From Bugula neritina (lineage: Eukaryota > Animalia > Bryozoa): a stretch of 64,000 bases of DNA. The notes under the pieces were generated by a model. That model saw nothing but the letters and a program-made list of their open reading frames with translations. It ran no database searches and was not told where the DNA came from. The DNA is taken from contig OZ037766.1 in the NCBI GenBank assembly GCA_964035545.1, forward strand, positions 28,937,673 to 29,001,672, given 5' to 3'. A program made the translations under genes and the position numbers. Positions 52,948 to 64,000 of this stretch are shown here, piece after piece (positions within the stretch are counted from its first letter, which is position 1; every line of letters begins with the position of its first letter).

Positions 52948-53915
52948 TTATTTAGAACAAACAACACAAGTTAGCTGCTTCTTGTCATCATATGGTGGAC
53001 AGTGTCCAGTAGTTCCCTCTCCAGAGCAATCAGCTCTGATAAAGTAAAACAGAGCTCCATTTGTATTACCACTCAGTCCTGTTATGTACTCAGGATTTTG
53101 ATCTACACACTCATATGTAGTTGGTTTATGATCATGTCTTGAAGTCATAAGGTATCCTGAAAACACAAGCATATAAAACATTTTAAAGGAATTTAGACAT
53201 GGGCAGTTTCTGTGAGCTTAAAGCAGTCAATAATGTGCCAGCCGGCAACAATGAAACTAGTAGTTGATATTATGTAATATAAACCTATAATCACACCATT
53301 GTCTATACTACCATCTTTTATACATACATTTCTAATTATCTGCTGCTATAGAGCTACAGTACCTTCATATTCTTTTGTCCACCCAGATAAACAAGATCTC
53401 TTAGCTGGAATCATCATAAGAGCTGGTCTGTTCTCTGTATAACATCTGGCACATGGTACATTCTGGTCATGAGCTGTATTAGAGAATATTCCATAATGTC
53501 TTTTAGATTGATATTCTGCTCCGCCCATGAAAGAGCCAGAAAAATCATCACCAGTGTATCCTCTGTTATACTGTGGGTCAGGGGGCATACACTGGTAGTT
53601 GACTCCACCTCCACTGTGGGTATAATGTGATCCTCCAGCAAATCCTGTATGTTTACAAATGTAAAAACATAATGTGTTTGGGTGAATGTGAGTGCATGTG
53701 TGTATGTATGTGTATGGGTGTGTATGGTGTGTATGGTGTGTATGTTTGTATGGGTGTATGTATGTGGGTGTATGTATGTGGGTGTATGTATGTGGGTGTA
53801 TGTGTGTGGGTGTATGTATGTGCGTGTATGTGTGTGCATGTATGTATGTGTGCATGTGTGTGTATGTGTGCATGTGTGTGTCTGTGTGTGTCTGTGTGTG
53901 TATGTGTGTGTGTGT

Positions 53916-53955
<40 letters not shown>

Positions 53956-56246
53956 TTGTTTTTAACACTCAACCTTTATATAATAAAGTTGATTCTGCAA
54001 TGCAGCTAGTTCTTCCCCATCTTGTATAAACAGCACCTTCTTCAACTTTATCAGATGGTGAACCTTTGATACCCTTTTCTCCTTTGCTCCCTGTTAAACC
54101 TTTCAAACCAACTTGTCCAGGTAATCCTGCTCTGCCAGTAGCTCCTTTTTGTCCAACAGCTCCTTTTTGTCCAACAGCTCCTTTTGTTCCTTTCAGGCCT
54201 GGTGCACCAACTTCACCTTCTGAGCCTTTATCTCCCTTTAAACCTTGAGAACCGGGAAATCCAGCATTTCCAGGTAAACCAGTAATACCCATATCTCCTT
54301 TGAGACCCTTTGGACCCATTAAGCCAGGTGCACCAGGAACTCCATCTCTGCCTGTATGAAGCAAAGCTTAATTCAAAAGTAAAACCTACAGGAACGGATT
54401 TCCTTAAATACTTACACTATGTTGTCTGTTATGAGAACAGCAACACTAAACTATTACCCACCACTAACACTGAGATATACTACGTACATGCATGTATCTT
54501 ACCATCACGACCAGCAGCTCCATCTCTTCCATCTCTGCCATTGCTACCATCTTTACCACTCAACCCCCTAACACCTTAAAAGCAAAGTATGCATGATATA
54601 TTATAGGTCGCTGTTTTCTCACTTTTTGAAAGCAAACCAATGAATTAATGCGCAATTAAAAACTGCGTGAATAACAGCTTTTGCAAAGTTATACTCTAGA
54701 GCTTGAATAAATACAAATATAATTAAAATTGGGGTGCATGAAGGTGCAATTAGGCTTACTTTAGTTTGAATGAAAAACTTTGAACAAATATGTTCAGGAC
54801 AATTAGAAAAAAACTTTTACAAATTTAAGCAAATCACTTTCTAAACTATGTTTACCAAAGATGCAAATTTTCTCAACCAGATCACTTAAATCTCCTTCTT
54901 CTAGTCTTTCAATGTTTGTTTCTTTTGGCAATTTCCCATTCAATAACTAAAAAAAGCAGATGGTATTTTAGTAATCATATTCTTGCTAGTGCAAATTTTT
55001 CTAAAACTACATCTATAGTAACACAATATAAGTATTGTATTATCTCATAATGTTATAGTATAACAATAGCTGCATTATTTCAAAAATCATGAAAAAGGAT
55101 CAATTAGTATACTTATGTTGTTCAACAAAGCTAAATGCTAAAATCTAAAGACTAACTGCTTTATGTTGAATTGGCATTCAAATGCACGTTTGAAAAGCAA
55201 AGATTGTTCATTATATAATGTAAATTATATTTTACATTGTATAGCACAATTCAGTTCAATGATACCAAGTTTAAGCTGGGTTGACCTTTTACAACATTCA
55301 CTGCACTTTAATTACAGTAAGTTCTGCTAAAATACAACAAAGAAAAGGCATCCTTTGTAAATACTTACAGCGTTGAGCAATGAATACACAGTGTCTTGTA
55401 GCATTTCAATTTTTTTCTCTTGCAGTTCTATCTGCTGCTGCTGGGCTTCTGTCTGCTGTTTGACAACTTCAAATATTGTTGCTTCCAGCTTTTGCTGTTG
55501 CTCTTCTAATAACTTTTTGAATTCTTCCCCATTTCCACTGACCAGATTTGCAGGTAAGCAAGCGAGTAATAAGATGCAGAGTGCAGTTACTAAAAATATT
55601 ATAAGTAGATAACCAAATGAGTCATACATAGAACTGTTATACATTACATTTTGTAAGTTGACATATAATACTTGTATTGCAATTTAATTATGTTAAATTC
55701 TAGTTATATTATAATTGCAATTTGTATAACATATAAATACATTACTTTATTAAGATTTGAAATACTTTACATAAGATATTTTATTGGCATTGTTACATTT
55801 TTATTCCATTCATTTTGTTAAAGTTTACATTATAGTTCAAAGCAGAATAATCTAAAATACTGCAACCATATTTGTAGGATTATATTACATAGTTTTTCCT
55901 CAACTATATTGCTAAGAGCCTAGTAGCAAGAGTAGGACATAAACATTGTTATATTTATAGCATCACAGAAATTGAGTCTAATTTTTCCATACCTTATAAA
56001 CAATTCATTACTTTTATCAGTCTTAGAAATTATGTATGTTATATTACTAAATATTATTTCTTACCTATCTCCACTTTGTCCTGCTTGGGTAGCAGGACTA
56101 CCAAATCTTAACACTCAATCAATATTCATCAATGAAAACAATTGGATTGAAAGTATTAATTTGATAATTTGCTAGCCACCAAACTGTCAGCTTTTAAATA
56201 GAAGATGGAAACATTAATTCTTACCTTCAGAATAATAAACCTTCAT
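52948..56246 (-). CDS. Short-chain collagen C4-like protein, copy B4; apparently intact
   Basis: All seven B-type exons are present with GT-AG sites and open frames (ATG 56246; ORF-track pieces 55327-55644, 53969-54364, 53346-53972, 52948-53181). Confidence 0.87.
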
Positions 56247-59200
56247 CTCTACCTTTTAAATGTAAATGAAAGACATGAAATCTACGAAATGAATTGTTGG
56301 TAATAAATTGATTACATTCCTTGTCTAAACTAATCCAATCAATGGAGAGCTTTTTATTGCTGCTATAGATCCATGAACATACGATAAATAGATTAAAGAA
56401 CGAGTATATAATTTCTTTTATCTTTTTTGTCATTTGACTCTCAATTGAAAACTCCATGTTACTAGTTTGCATTTCAAATCAGATTATATATAATTATTTT
56501 GTGTTACATTTTTGTTATATTGCAAAGAAAACTTGTTAAACCACTGTTTAATCTATAAATAAATAAACCTAAATATATACCAAAACTTGCTTTATAGCAG
56601 CCCCAAGCAGTGACCTGCATAATAAAAATTGTAAAAGAGGTTTTTATTGAAATATATTAGCACATTTAAATAGCTAAAATATTAAAAAGTTAGATGTTAA
56701 CTTTATCATGTTTGTGAAAAAGCATTTGAATTTACTACTTCAACTAGATAGTTGGCTTATATGTATGTATATGTATATGTATATGCATGCTCGGATGTGG
56801 ATATGTGTGCACATATAGGTAAATTTTGCAGTTGTTATGTCAGAAAAAATGCTTTGAAAGATATATTTTTGAAAACACACGCTATAAATTAGAAGTGGGC
56901 ATAAGTTGAATTGAATATATATATATATATATATGCATTTTGACAAGTACAATAAGTTGCATAGCTACAGATTAGGTAACGCTACGCAAAGCTAGCAAAG
57001 AAAAGGATGATTAAACAAAATCATAAAACTTAGCTGTAATTTCTTTCAACATCTGTGTACATGTATACAATGCCTGTACGTGTGTCTGCGTGTGTATATA
57101 TGTGCATGCATACGTGTGCACTTCTCTAACAAAGAGTTTGTAGCTGTTTTATGGAAACTAATTTTAAGTTATATTCAAGAAAAACATTTCTGGTTGCTTA
57201 ATAAAAATTAAAAATACTGCCTGAAAAAGATGTAAACCTAATTTGCTCATGTAAACTGTGCTTTTAAGCTTGCAAAACTTTTCTACGACGAAATTAACAA
57301 TGTAACTATTTCATTACAAAAGACAGTTTAGAAAATGTATACCCAAGTGTTTTTATTAGACTGTATATTGAGGTAGTCAATTTAAGAAGGAAGTTCCTGG
57401 TTCACATCAGCTCATAGATTAACTAATAATCATCAGTATTCAGTCACACTCAGTGTTATCTGATTCAACCATCAGCTCTCAGTACAAGTTTATTATCAGA
57501 ATAATAAAAAAAAATTAGTCGTTTTATATTAACTCATGTAAATTAACTTAAGGTATGCTTTACTTTTAAATAGTTTCTCTTTTACCAGAATAATAAAAAT
57601 ATTTTATTCTCCTTATATAAACTCATGTTTTAGGTATGCTGAGTTTTTATGTCATTGCTCTTGTGACTAATTTTTTTGATGGTAGGAAATAGCTGCATAT
57701 TTAATTTGTAACAATATTACAATACTGCACACCATGGCACTTGCACTGTCATAAGTGTACAATAAGTGAGTGGTGAGTGAAATCTAAGTATTGGATTACA
57801 GATAAAGCTGCTGGTGGAATAGGCTGTGTTCTTTGACAGTGTCCAAGCTAAGCTGGAACTCATAGACAAAGACTATATATGCTCAAAAATGAAGTTTTCT
57901 GCACCCAAACTAATTTACATTTGTCCAGTTGATCACGGCTGTACTTATTTTTAGCATAATGTAATGCTCAGTATATAATACTGTTTGCTATTCAAAATAG
58001 CAAGTGGTAACTGAATGAGAAATGCATTTACCACATCGTCATATGCTACCATGTTACGGTTGAATGCTATAAGTAGAATCAAGCAAAAATTTAGACTTTA
58101 TTTAAATTTGCCACACTATATGCACCTGAAATAATTTGCTTGCTTTAACTTCCTGCAGTAAGTTATGAGGTGCTCAGAATAAAATTCAACAAGAACCGTC
58201 ATCAAGTTTTCAAGGCCAAGAGTTGACTTTTTCTGATATCACAAATGTCTGATTGCTGAATGCAGTATATAGTCCAGTTTGTGCAATGTGACGTTGAAGC
58301 TATTTGCTAGCATTTCGAAAAACCCGTTGAGAGTTCAGTAAGTATTCTGAATATTGCATTAGTGCTTATCTATATGAGTCTGAATATTTCACAACTATGT
58401 TCCAGACTACAGAGTCAAAATAGTCTAAAGTAAATCTCCACAATGTCTAATATTGCCAACACATGTATATGTATATGTATAGATTTACCCGGCATACAAA
58501 AACTGCTTAAGTCTGGACCTTCAAGTTATTAAAAATAAAAATAAATAGCAAAATTATATTTGCTAAAACTTGATTTAGTATACCCATATTTTTTTAAAAG
58601 AATATAGGATTATTAATTTTATCTTTGCTATATTTTTTACAAGCTGCAAAAAATGCCTTGAATGCAGCTTTTCAGTAAAATTAGTTGACTGAGGTATATT
58701 TTGCTTTTATTTTGCTGCTGAAAACTCATATCTGCTATATATTGTATTGTAGTTTATTAGTAGTATATCATTATACACACAGTATATGACACCATCCTTT
58801 GAGCAAAAAGACTTTCTTATTATAGCAAGCAAGGCATAAATCAAAGCACAATCTAAAGTCGCATTCATATCTTCACAGTCTCCAGTCCGAAACTCAATTT
58901 GGCCGAGTTGAAATTTTACTAAGTTGCATTGCACTCTAAAAGCTTTTTGCTGGTGACCAGAATTAGCACTCAACTGATATCTGCTATAGCCAATAACTAT
59001 AATCTTTTAGTTGATTGGTAATATATCAATATATACTTAGCATGATGTGGCATCATCCGTTAAACAGGATGAAATGATAAAAGGCTTCTGCGTAACGAGC
59101 AAGGTGTAAGCCAAAGCACAATCAATCTAAAAAGAATCTGTGGTGTGAGCAAGTTAGAGTCAAGGTAGAACCAACGAACATATTTTAGATTATCTTACTC

Positions 59201-59728
59201 AGAATTTAATTCTATAGCAATGACTCCACCAAACGTGACATACGCCTTTGCTTTTGTGAAAATCACTCTCCTTATATATTATAATGCACAATACTGTCAT
59301 TAAATTGCATGCTATAAAATTAAAGTAAACCAAGATAAACATAAACTAACAAGGCTTAGTCACTTTCTTTTTCAATTAAGAGGGTTTTGATTAAGAATCT
59401 ATGGTACCAAAAACCAAAGGTGTGATTAATACAATTTTATAACAGAGTAAGTAAATTAAAGAAAACAGAAATTTATAAATAGTGCAGCTTGAAAATTTAT
59501 TTTGCTTTGCAATTTAAATAGTTTCTCGACATAAATTATTTAAACATGTTATTCTTACAAAGAGCTTTATAATAAAATACAATAAAATATATTAGTTATA
59601 TATAACTAATATATAGCTACTTGACTTAACTGTCTTACATTTTAGTATTAGATTAAAAAATCAATGGTAGCATTCTATACTTAATTAAAACTATAAACAC
59701 TATTCTACTTTTGTTAGCACAAAGCTAT

Positions 59729-62482
59729 TTACTTGGAACAAACAACACAAGTAAGCTGTTTGTTTGCATCATATGGTGTACATTGCCCAGTATTTCCTAA
59801 CCTTGAACAATCAGTTCTGACAAAGTAAAACAGAGCTCCATTTGTGTCACCACTCAGTCCTGTGATGTACTCAGGATATTGATCTACACACTCATATGTA
59901 GTTGGGTGAGGATTGATATCACGCTGAGTCATTATAGGTATCCTAAAAAAAGTATATAGAGAGATGTTGAACTCCACTAAAAATATTACTTATAGCAACA
60001 TTATATCTTTACATATTGTGGCAAGTTTTATCATAATCCTTTGTCTAACCTTTATAGGATAGCACTACTTCAGCAAGCATGGCAATGGCAAATACACTAG
60101 TGGCATATATTTAGCTTTTCAAACTCTGATCTATAAATGATTCATAAGAAAAGCTTTGAAACACGTTGGCAAGAAACTCACAAATTCTGATTTAATGATC
60201 TTAGGCATTGGATGTACAACTCCTAATAAGTTCAATAATTCTAGTTCATAATTTCTAAAAGCAATGTCAACATTTAGTAGATTATATATTAATTATTGCT
60301 AACTTTCAAGAAAAAATAATGTCAATTACCTTCATACTCCTTAGTCCACCCAGATGGGCAAGATCTCTTAGCTGGTATCATCATAAGAGCTGGTCTGGTC
60401 TCTGTATAACATCTGGCACATGGTACATTCCGGTTAAAAGTTGAAGCTGAAAAGATTCCATAACTATAAGATTGATATTCTGCACCATTCATAGCAGAGC
60501 CTCTAAACTCGCCGCTAGTGTAAGCTTTGTTGTATTGTGGATCAAATGGCATACACTGGTAGTTAACTCCACCTCCAGTTTTTCCAGAATATTCACCACC
60601 AGCGAATCCTGACAAAATATAACTGTCTTAATGGTATAAATGGTTGTATACAATGGTTGTATACATATGATTAGTAAACATTACCTAATCAGCTTAACAC
60701 CTAATTAGTTAGTTTACTTTGTGTTTAATAGCTAGTAGGCTTCTTAGAGGTAATAGCTGATCTATATTATTGTCATATTTTTCATATATAACTAAACTGT
60801 GATGTAAAATAATAATGATCAAATTCACCTTCATAAAGTACAGTTGATTGAGAACCACAAGATTTTCTTCCCCATCTTACGTAAACAGCATCTCCTTCAA
60901 CATGTGCCACATTGTCAGGAGCACCTTTTACTCCTTTCATCCCAGAAGCACCTTTCATTCCTGTAGGACCAGCTGCACCTGTAGCACCTTTTGCTCCCGG
61001 ATTTCCATTTTTCCCAGGTGTTCCAGAAGCTCCTTGAGTTCCATTGACACCAGGCAAGCCAGAAATACCAGGTGATCCTAAATCTCCTTTAGCTCCTTTA
61101 AACCCATGCAGGAACCCCTGTTGGACCTGTAAGTCCAGGACTACCGGGTAATCCATCTCTTCCTATTTATTAAAAGTAACTAAAAGCTGCAGTTATACGC
61201 AGAACAGGATTCGCTAAAATGGCATATAGACACTTGTAATCTGATGTAAATGTTAATTGATGTGTTAAGTTTCTCTCACCTTCACGACCATTTGCACCAT
61301 CTTTACCATCTCTACCATCTCTACCATCTCTACCATCTTTACCAGAAACACCTCTAACCCCTAACACACATTGAGAACACATGATGACAAAATTAAGAAT
61401 ATAGCCTTTTAATGTCCTACACGTGTTAATGCATATAGCACCTTTATTGTGGGAATACAAGTCTTTGCAACAGCATGGAATTTTACAAAATTTAGATCTT
61501 ACAAACATTTACAGCCGTATTATTCAATGAAAAATACCAACACCTACAAACTCAGTATTCACTAATATCTTTGGAAATACAATAAATTATGCAACTGGTA
61601 GTGGTTGAGTGCATGGTTAGTATTATATTATTGGCTGCGCTAGCAATAGCTCTCATATTAGTAGCATCAGTACAAATAGTATTTATAGTAGCAGTGATAG
61701 TGGTAGTGATAGTAGCAGTAGTAGCTGTGGTGGCAACATGAGCACCTATAAACTATAAAAGTCAAGTTTTTACCAAAAATACATATTTGTTCCAGCAAAA
61801 ACGAAAACTTTTCTCCGTCACTTTCACTAAAACTTTTCGTTTTAGGCAATTCTCCAGTCAACAGCTTGAAAAGAAAGAAAATGTAGCAGATATATAGAGC
61901 TGTTACTTTATACTTAAATCTACTCATTGAGTACAGTATTATATATGCATGCATTGTATTTTATATATTATTGTATATAGTATTGCATGTTATTGTAGTA
62001 AATAAAATAGCAACACCGCACACATGAAGTTTTTATAAAGCTTCCAAACCCCTTTCTGACAAATAAATACAAAATTTAAATGTTTAAAGTATTCTTTGAG
62101 TAAAATATAATTACTTCTTGAGAGCTCTAGGCAATCCCAAAACAACTATAGCTGATATATAGTTCTAACATACAGCTTTGAGTAAGGAGTAAACTGTTGC
62201 TTGTAACTCTACAATAGTTTTCTGTTGAGTTTCAGATTCTTGCTGTTGAAGCTCTAATTCTTGCTGTAAAGCTTTATCTTTTAGGTGTAAGACTTCAACT
62301 TGCTGCTGTAAAACTCTCTTTTGTTGATGATGCGTTTTATTCTGTTGTTTTAGAATAACAATCAGTTCTTCTCTTTGCTCTGCCAGCAACTCTCTAACAC
62401 CCTCTACATCATAACTTCCAACACCAGCTGAGTATCCAATCAGACAACAGAGTGTGACCAAGGTTGCTACTGGAACACGCAT
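59729..62482 (-). pseudogene. Short-chain collagen C4-like copy C4; frameshifted
   Basis: A 4-bp insertion at ~61106-61109 in the collagen exon gives GTT CCT GCA TGG GTT TAA. A second, 2-bp insertion lies at the start of the last exon (~59934). Confidence 0.83.
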
Positions 62483-63982
62483 TTTTATGGTGTTCTTTTA
62501 ACAAAACTTTTATGAAATCAAAGCACAAGGACACATTCGAACTGTCTATAACACTTTCTTCTCGGGACCTCGTTAAGTAAAGCCTTCTGACTCACCTCTA
62601 GCACACTATGATTAGAAACAGAGTTTATACAACTTTAATATTCACGAAGAGCCAATGATTAAGTCACATCTATTAGCTGGACCCAGCTGCTGTGTAATCA
62701 ATCTCTCTACTTTATTCAGTTTGCTCATGAGATAGGAATAAGTCTTTTGTTACATTATTATAAAATATACATTTTATTGCCATTTGGTTTTGTACTGTAC
62801 CTATTATCTTTCCAAAATAATACACAGTTTCTTCTTTTTTATTTAATTTGAATAATTTGCTTTTTAATTTTTAAACTGCAAATACTTGTTCAAAGATTCT
62901 GGTTGCTTATAGGATTCTTATATACATTGTTATTGTCTACTATCACTATATTGTTATTGTTTACTATCAATATATTGTTATTGTTTACTATCACTATATT
63001 GTTATTGTTTACTATCACTATATTATTATTGTTTACTATCACTATATTATTATTGTTTACTATCACTATATTGTTATTGTTTACTATCACCATATTGTTA
63101 TTGTTTACTATCGCTACCCTGTTATTTTTTATCAATATTATAGGCCTACTATAGTTTTCATTTGGCTATTTTGTTATTTTCTGGCACTTGGTGATGCACT
63201 TTATTTTTGATTATGAACGTCATCACTATAGCTTTAAAACTATGTTTTACTTATAGAATGTGTACCATAACTTATAGCTGCACATTAAACTTATTATTTT
63301 TATAAAGTCACACGCCTAACCCAACACCTAACCAACCTAACCTTAACCTACCCCATCCAACTTTGGTGTAAAGAGGAAGTTATTAGAATTCCCTTTGACA
63401 TCAGTATTTATATATTTGAAAAACTCAACATTCTGATCTTATCATCTCATAGAAAAACTCAGTTTAAGAATTTTTTATAGACTGTATATTGAGGTATTCA
63501 GTTTAAGAAGGAAGTTCCTAGTTCATATCAGCTCATAGAATAAATAATAATCATCAGTATTCAGTCACATTCAGTGTTATCTGATTCAATCATCAGTTCT
63601 GAGTACAAGTTTATTATCAGAATAATAGAAATATTTTATTCTTTTTAAGTAAACTCATGCATACTAATTTTAGGTATGCTTTGCTGTTATGTCATTTCTC
63701 TTTTACCTGAATTTAATGAAAAGCATTACCTGCTTTTACTTACTAACAGCATCCCAGCTGTTTTATTTGCTTTTTTCTATGAAAACTAAAATACTTTACA
63801 GTGGAAATATATTACACTTTTATTGCGACTAAAGCTATGGATAATGTTGTGTTTGAGATAACATTTTGTGTAACATAAAATGATATATTCTGATGAAGTA
63901 GTGAAAAATTGAAAGCCAGTGTCACAGACTTCATTGCTTACAAGTGATAAAAACTGTTGCACTTTTGCAATAGCAAGCTTGC

Positions 63983-64000
63983 TTATTTAGAACAAACAAC
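63983..64000 (-). CDS. Last codons (VVCSK*) of a further B-type copy (B5); the array continues beyond the window
   Basis: TTATTTAGAACAAACAAC preceded by the B-type 3' flank. Confidence 0.8.
   Translation of the reverse strand, partial: VVCSK

Larger units (their letters stand above)
19300..64000. repeat. Tandem segmental duplication, ~10.6-11.0 kb unit (B gene + spacer + C gene + spacer), >4 copies
   Basis: B stop codons lie at 20693, 31645, 42362, 52948 and 63983; C stops at 27311, 38126, 48607 and 59729. Introns and spacers align at high identity between units. Confidence 0.95.

Noticed and set aside
59930-61110. Compensating +4/+2 frameshifts in C4
   Set aside because: A TAA follows within three codons of the first insertion.
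15237-63680. CRISPR-like or prokaryotic defence interpretation of the regularly spaced repeats
   Set aside because: This is a spliceosomal eukaryotic locus; the repeats are ~200 bp, kilobases apart, and no cas genes are present.

Overview
AT-rich, intron-containing invertebrate animal genomic DNA. (1) 144-718 (+): the last two exons of a WDFY1/WDFY2 orthologue. (2) 2230-2451 (-): a tRNA-derived SINE with a 14-bp target-site duplication. (3) 3380->14266 (+): 19 in-phase exons of a secreted EGF/cbEGF-Sushi-HYR mosaic protein (SVEP1-like module order). Its last visible exon ends on a splice donor with no stop, so the rest of the window probably lies in one of its introns. (4) 16.5-64 kb (-): a tandem array of at least 10 secreted short-chain collagen genes, each with a signal peptide, coiled coil, single Cys, GRDGRDG-type Gly-X-Y stalk and a spongin/collagen-IV NC1-like 'C4' head. 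The order is A,[B,C]x4,B..., with a period of about 10.7 kb. Only A, B1 and B4 look intact. All four C copies carry different inactivating lesions, B2 has lost a splice donor, and B3 has lost one complete half-domain exon in frame. In the one pair counted (B2 vs B3) the head exon is about 8x more divergent than the flanking non-coding DNA. Head exons show short tracts shared across subfamilies, and each gene is followed by a highly conserved ~200-bp non-coding element. Best candidate for a new system (inference): a defence-collagen-like (collectin/C1q/ficolin analogue) receptor array whose NC1-like heads are diversified by exon-restricted gene conversion, possibly with pseudogenes acting as donors. 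Exon boundaries and counts were read by eye.
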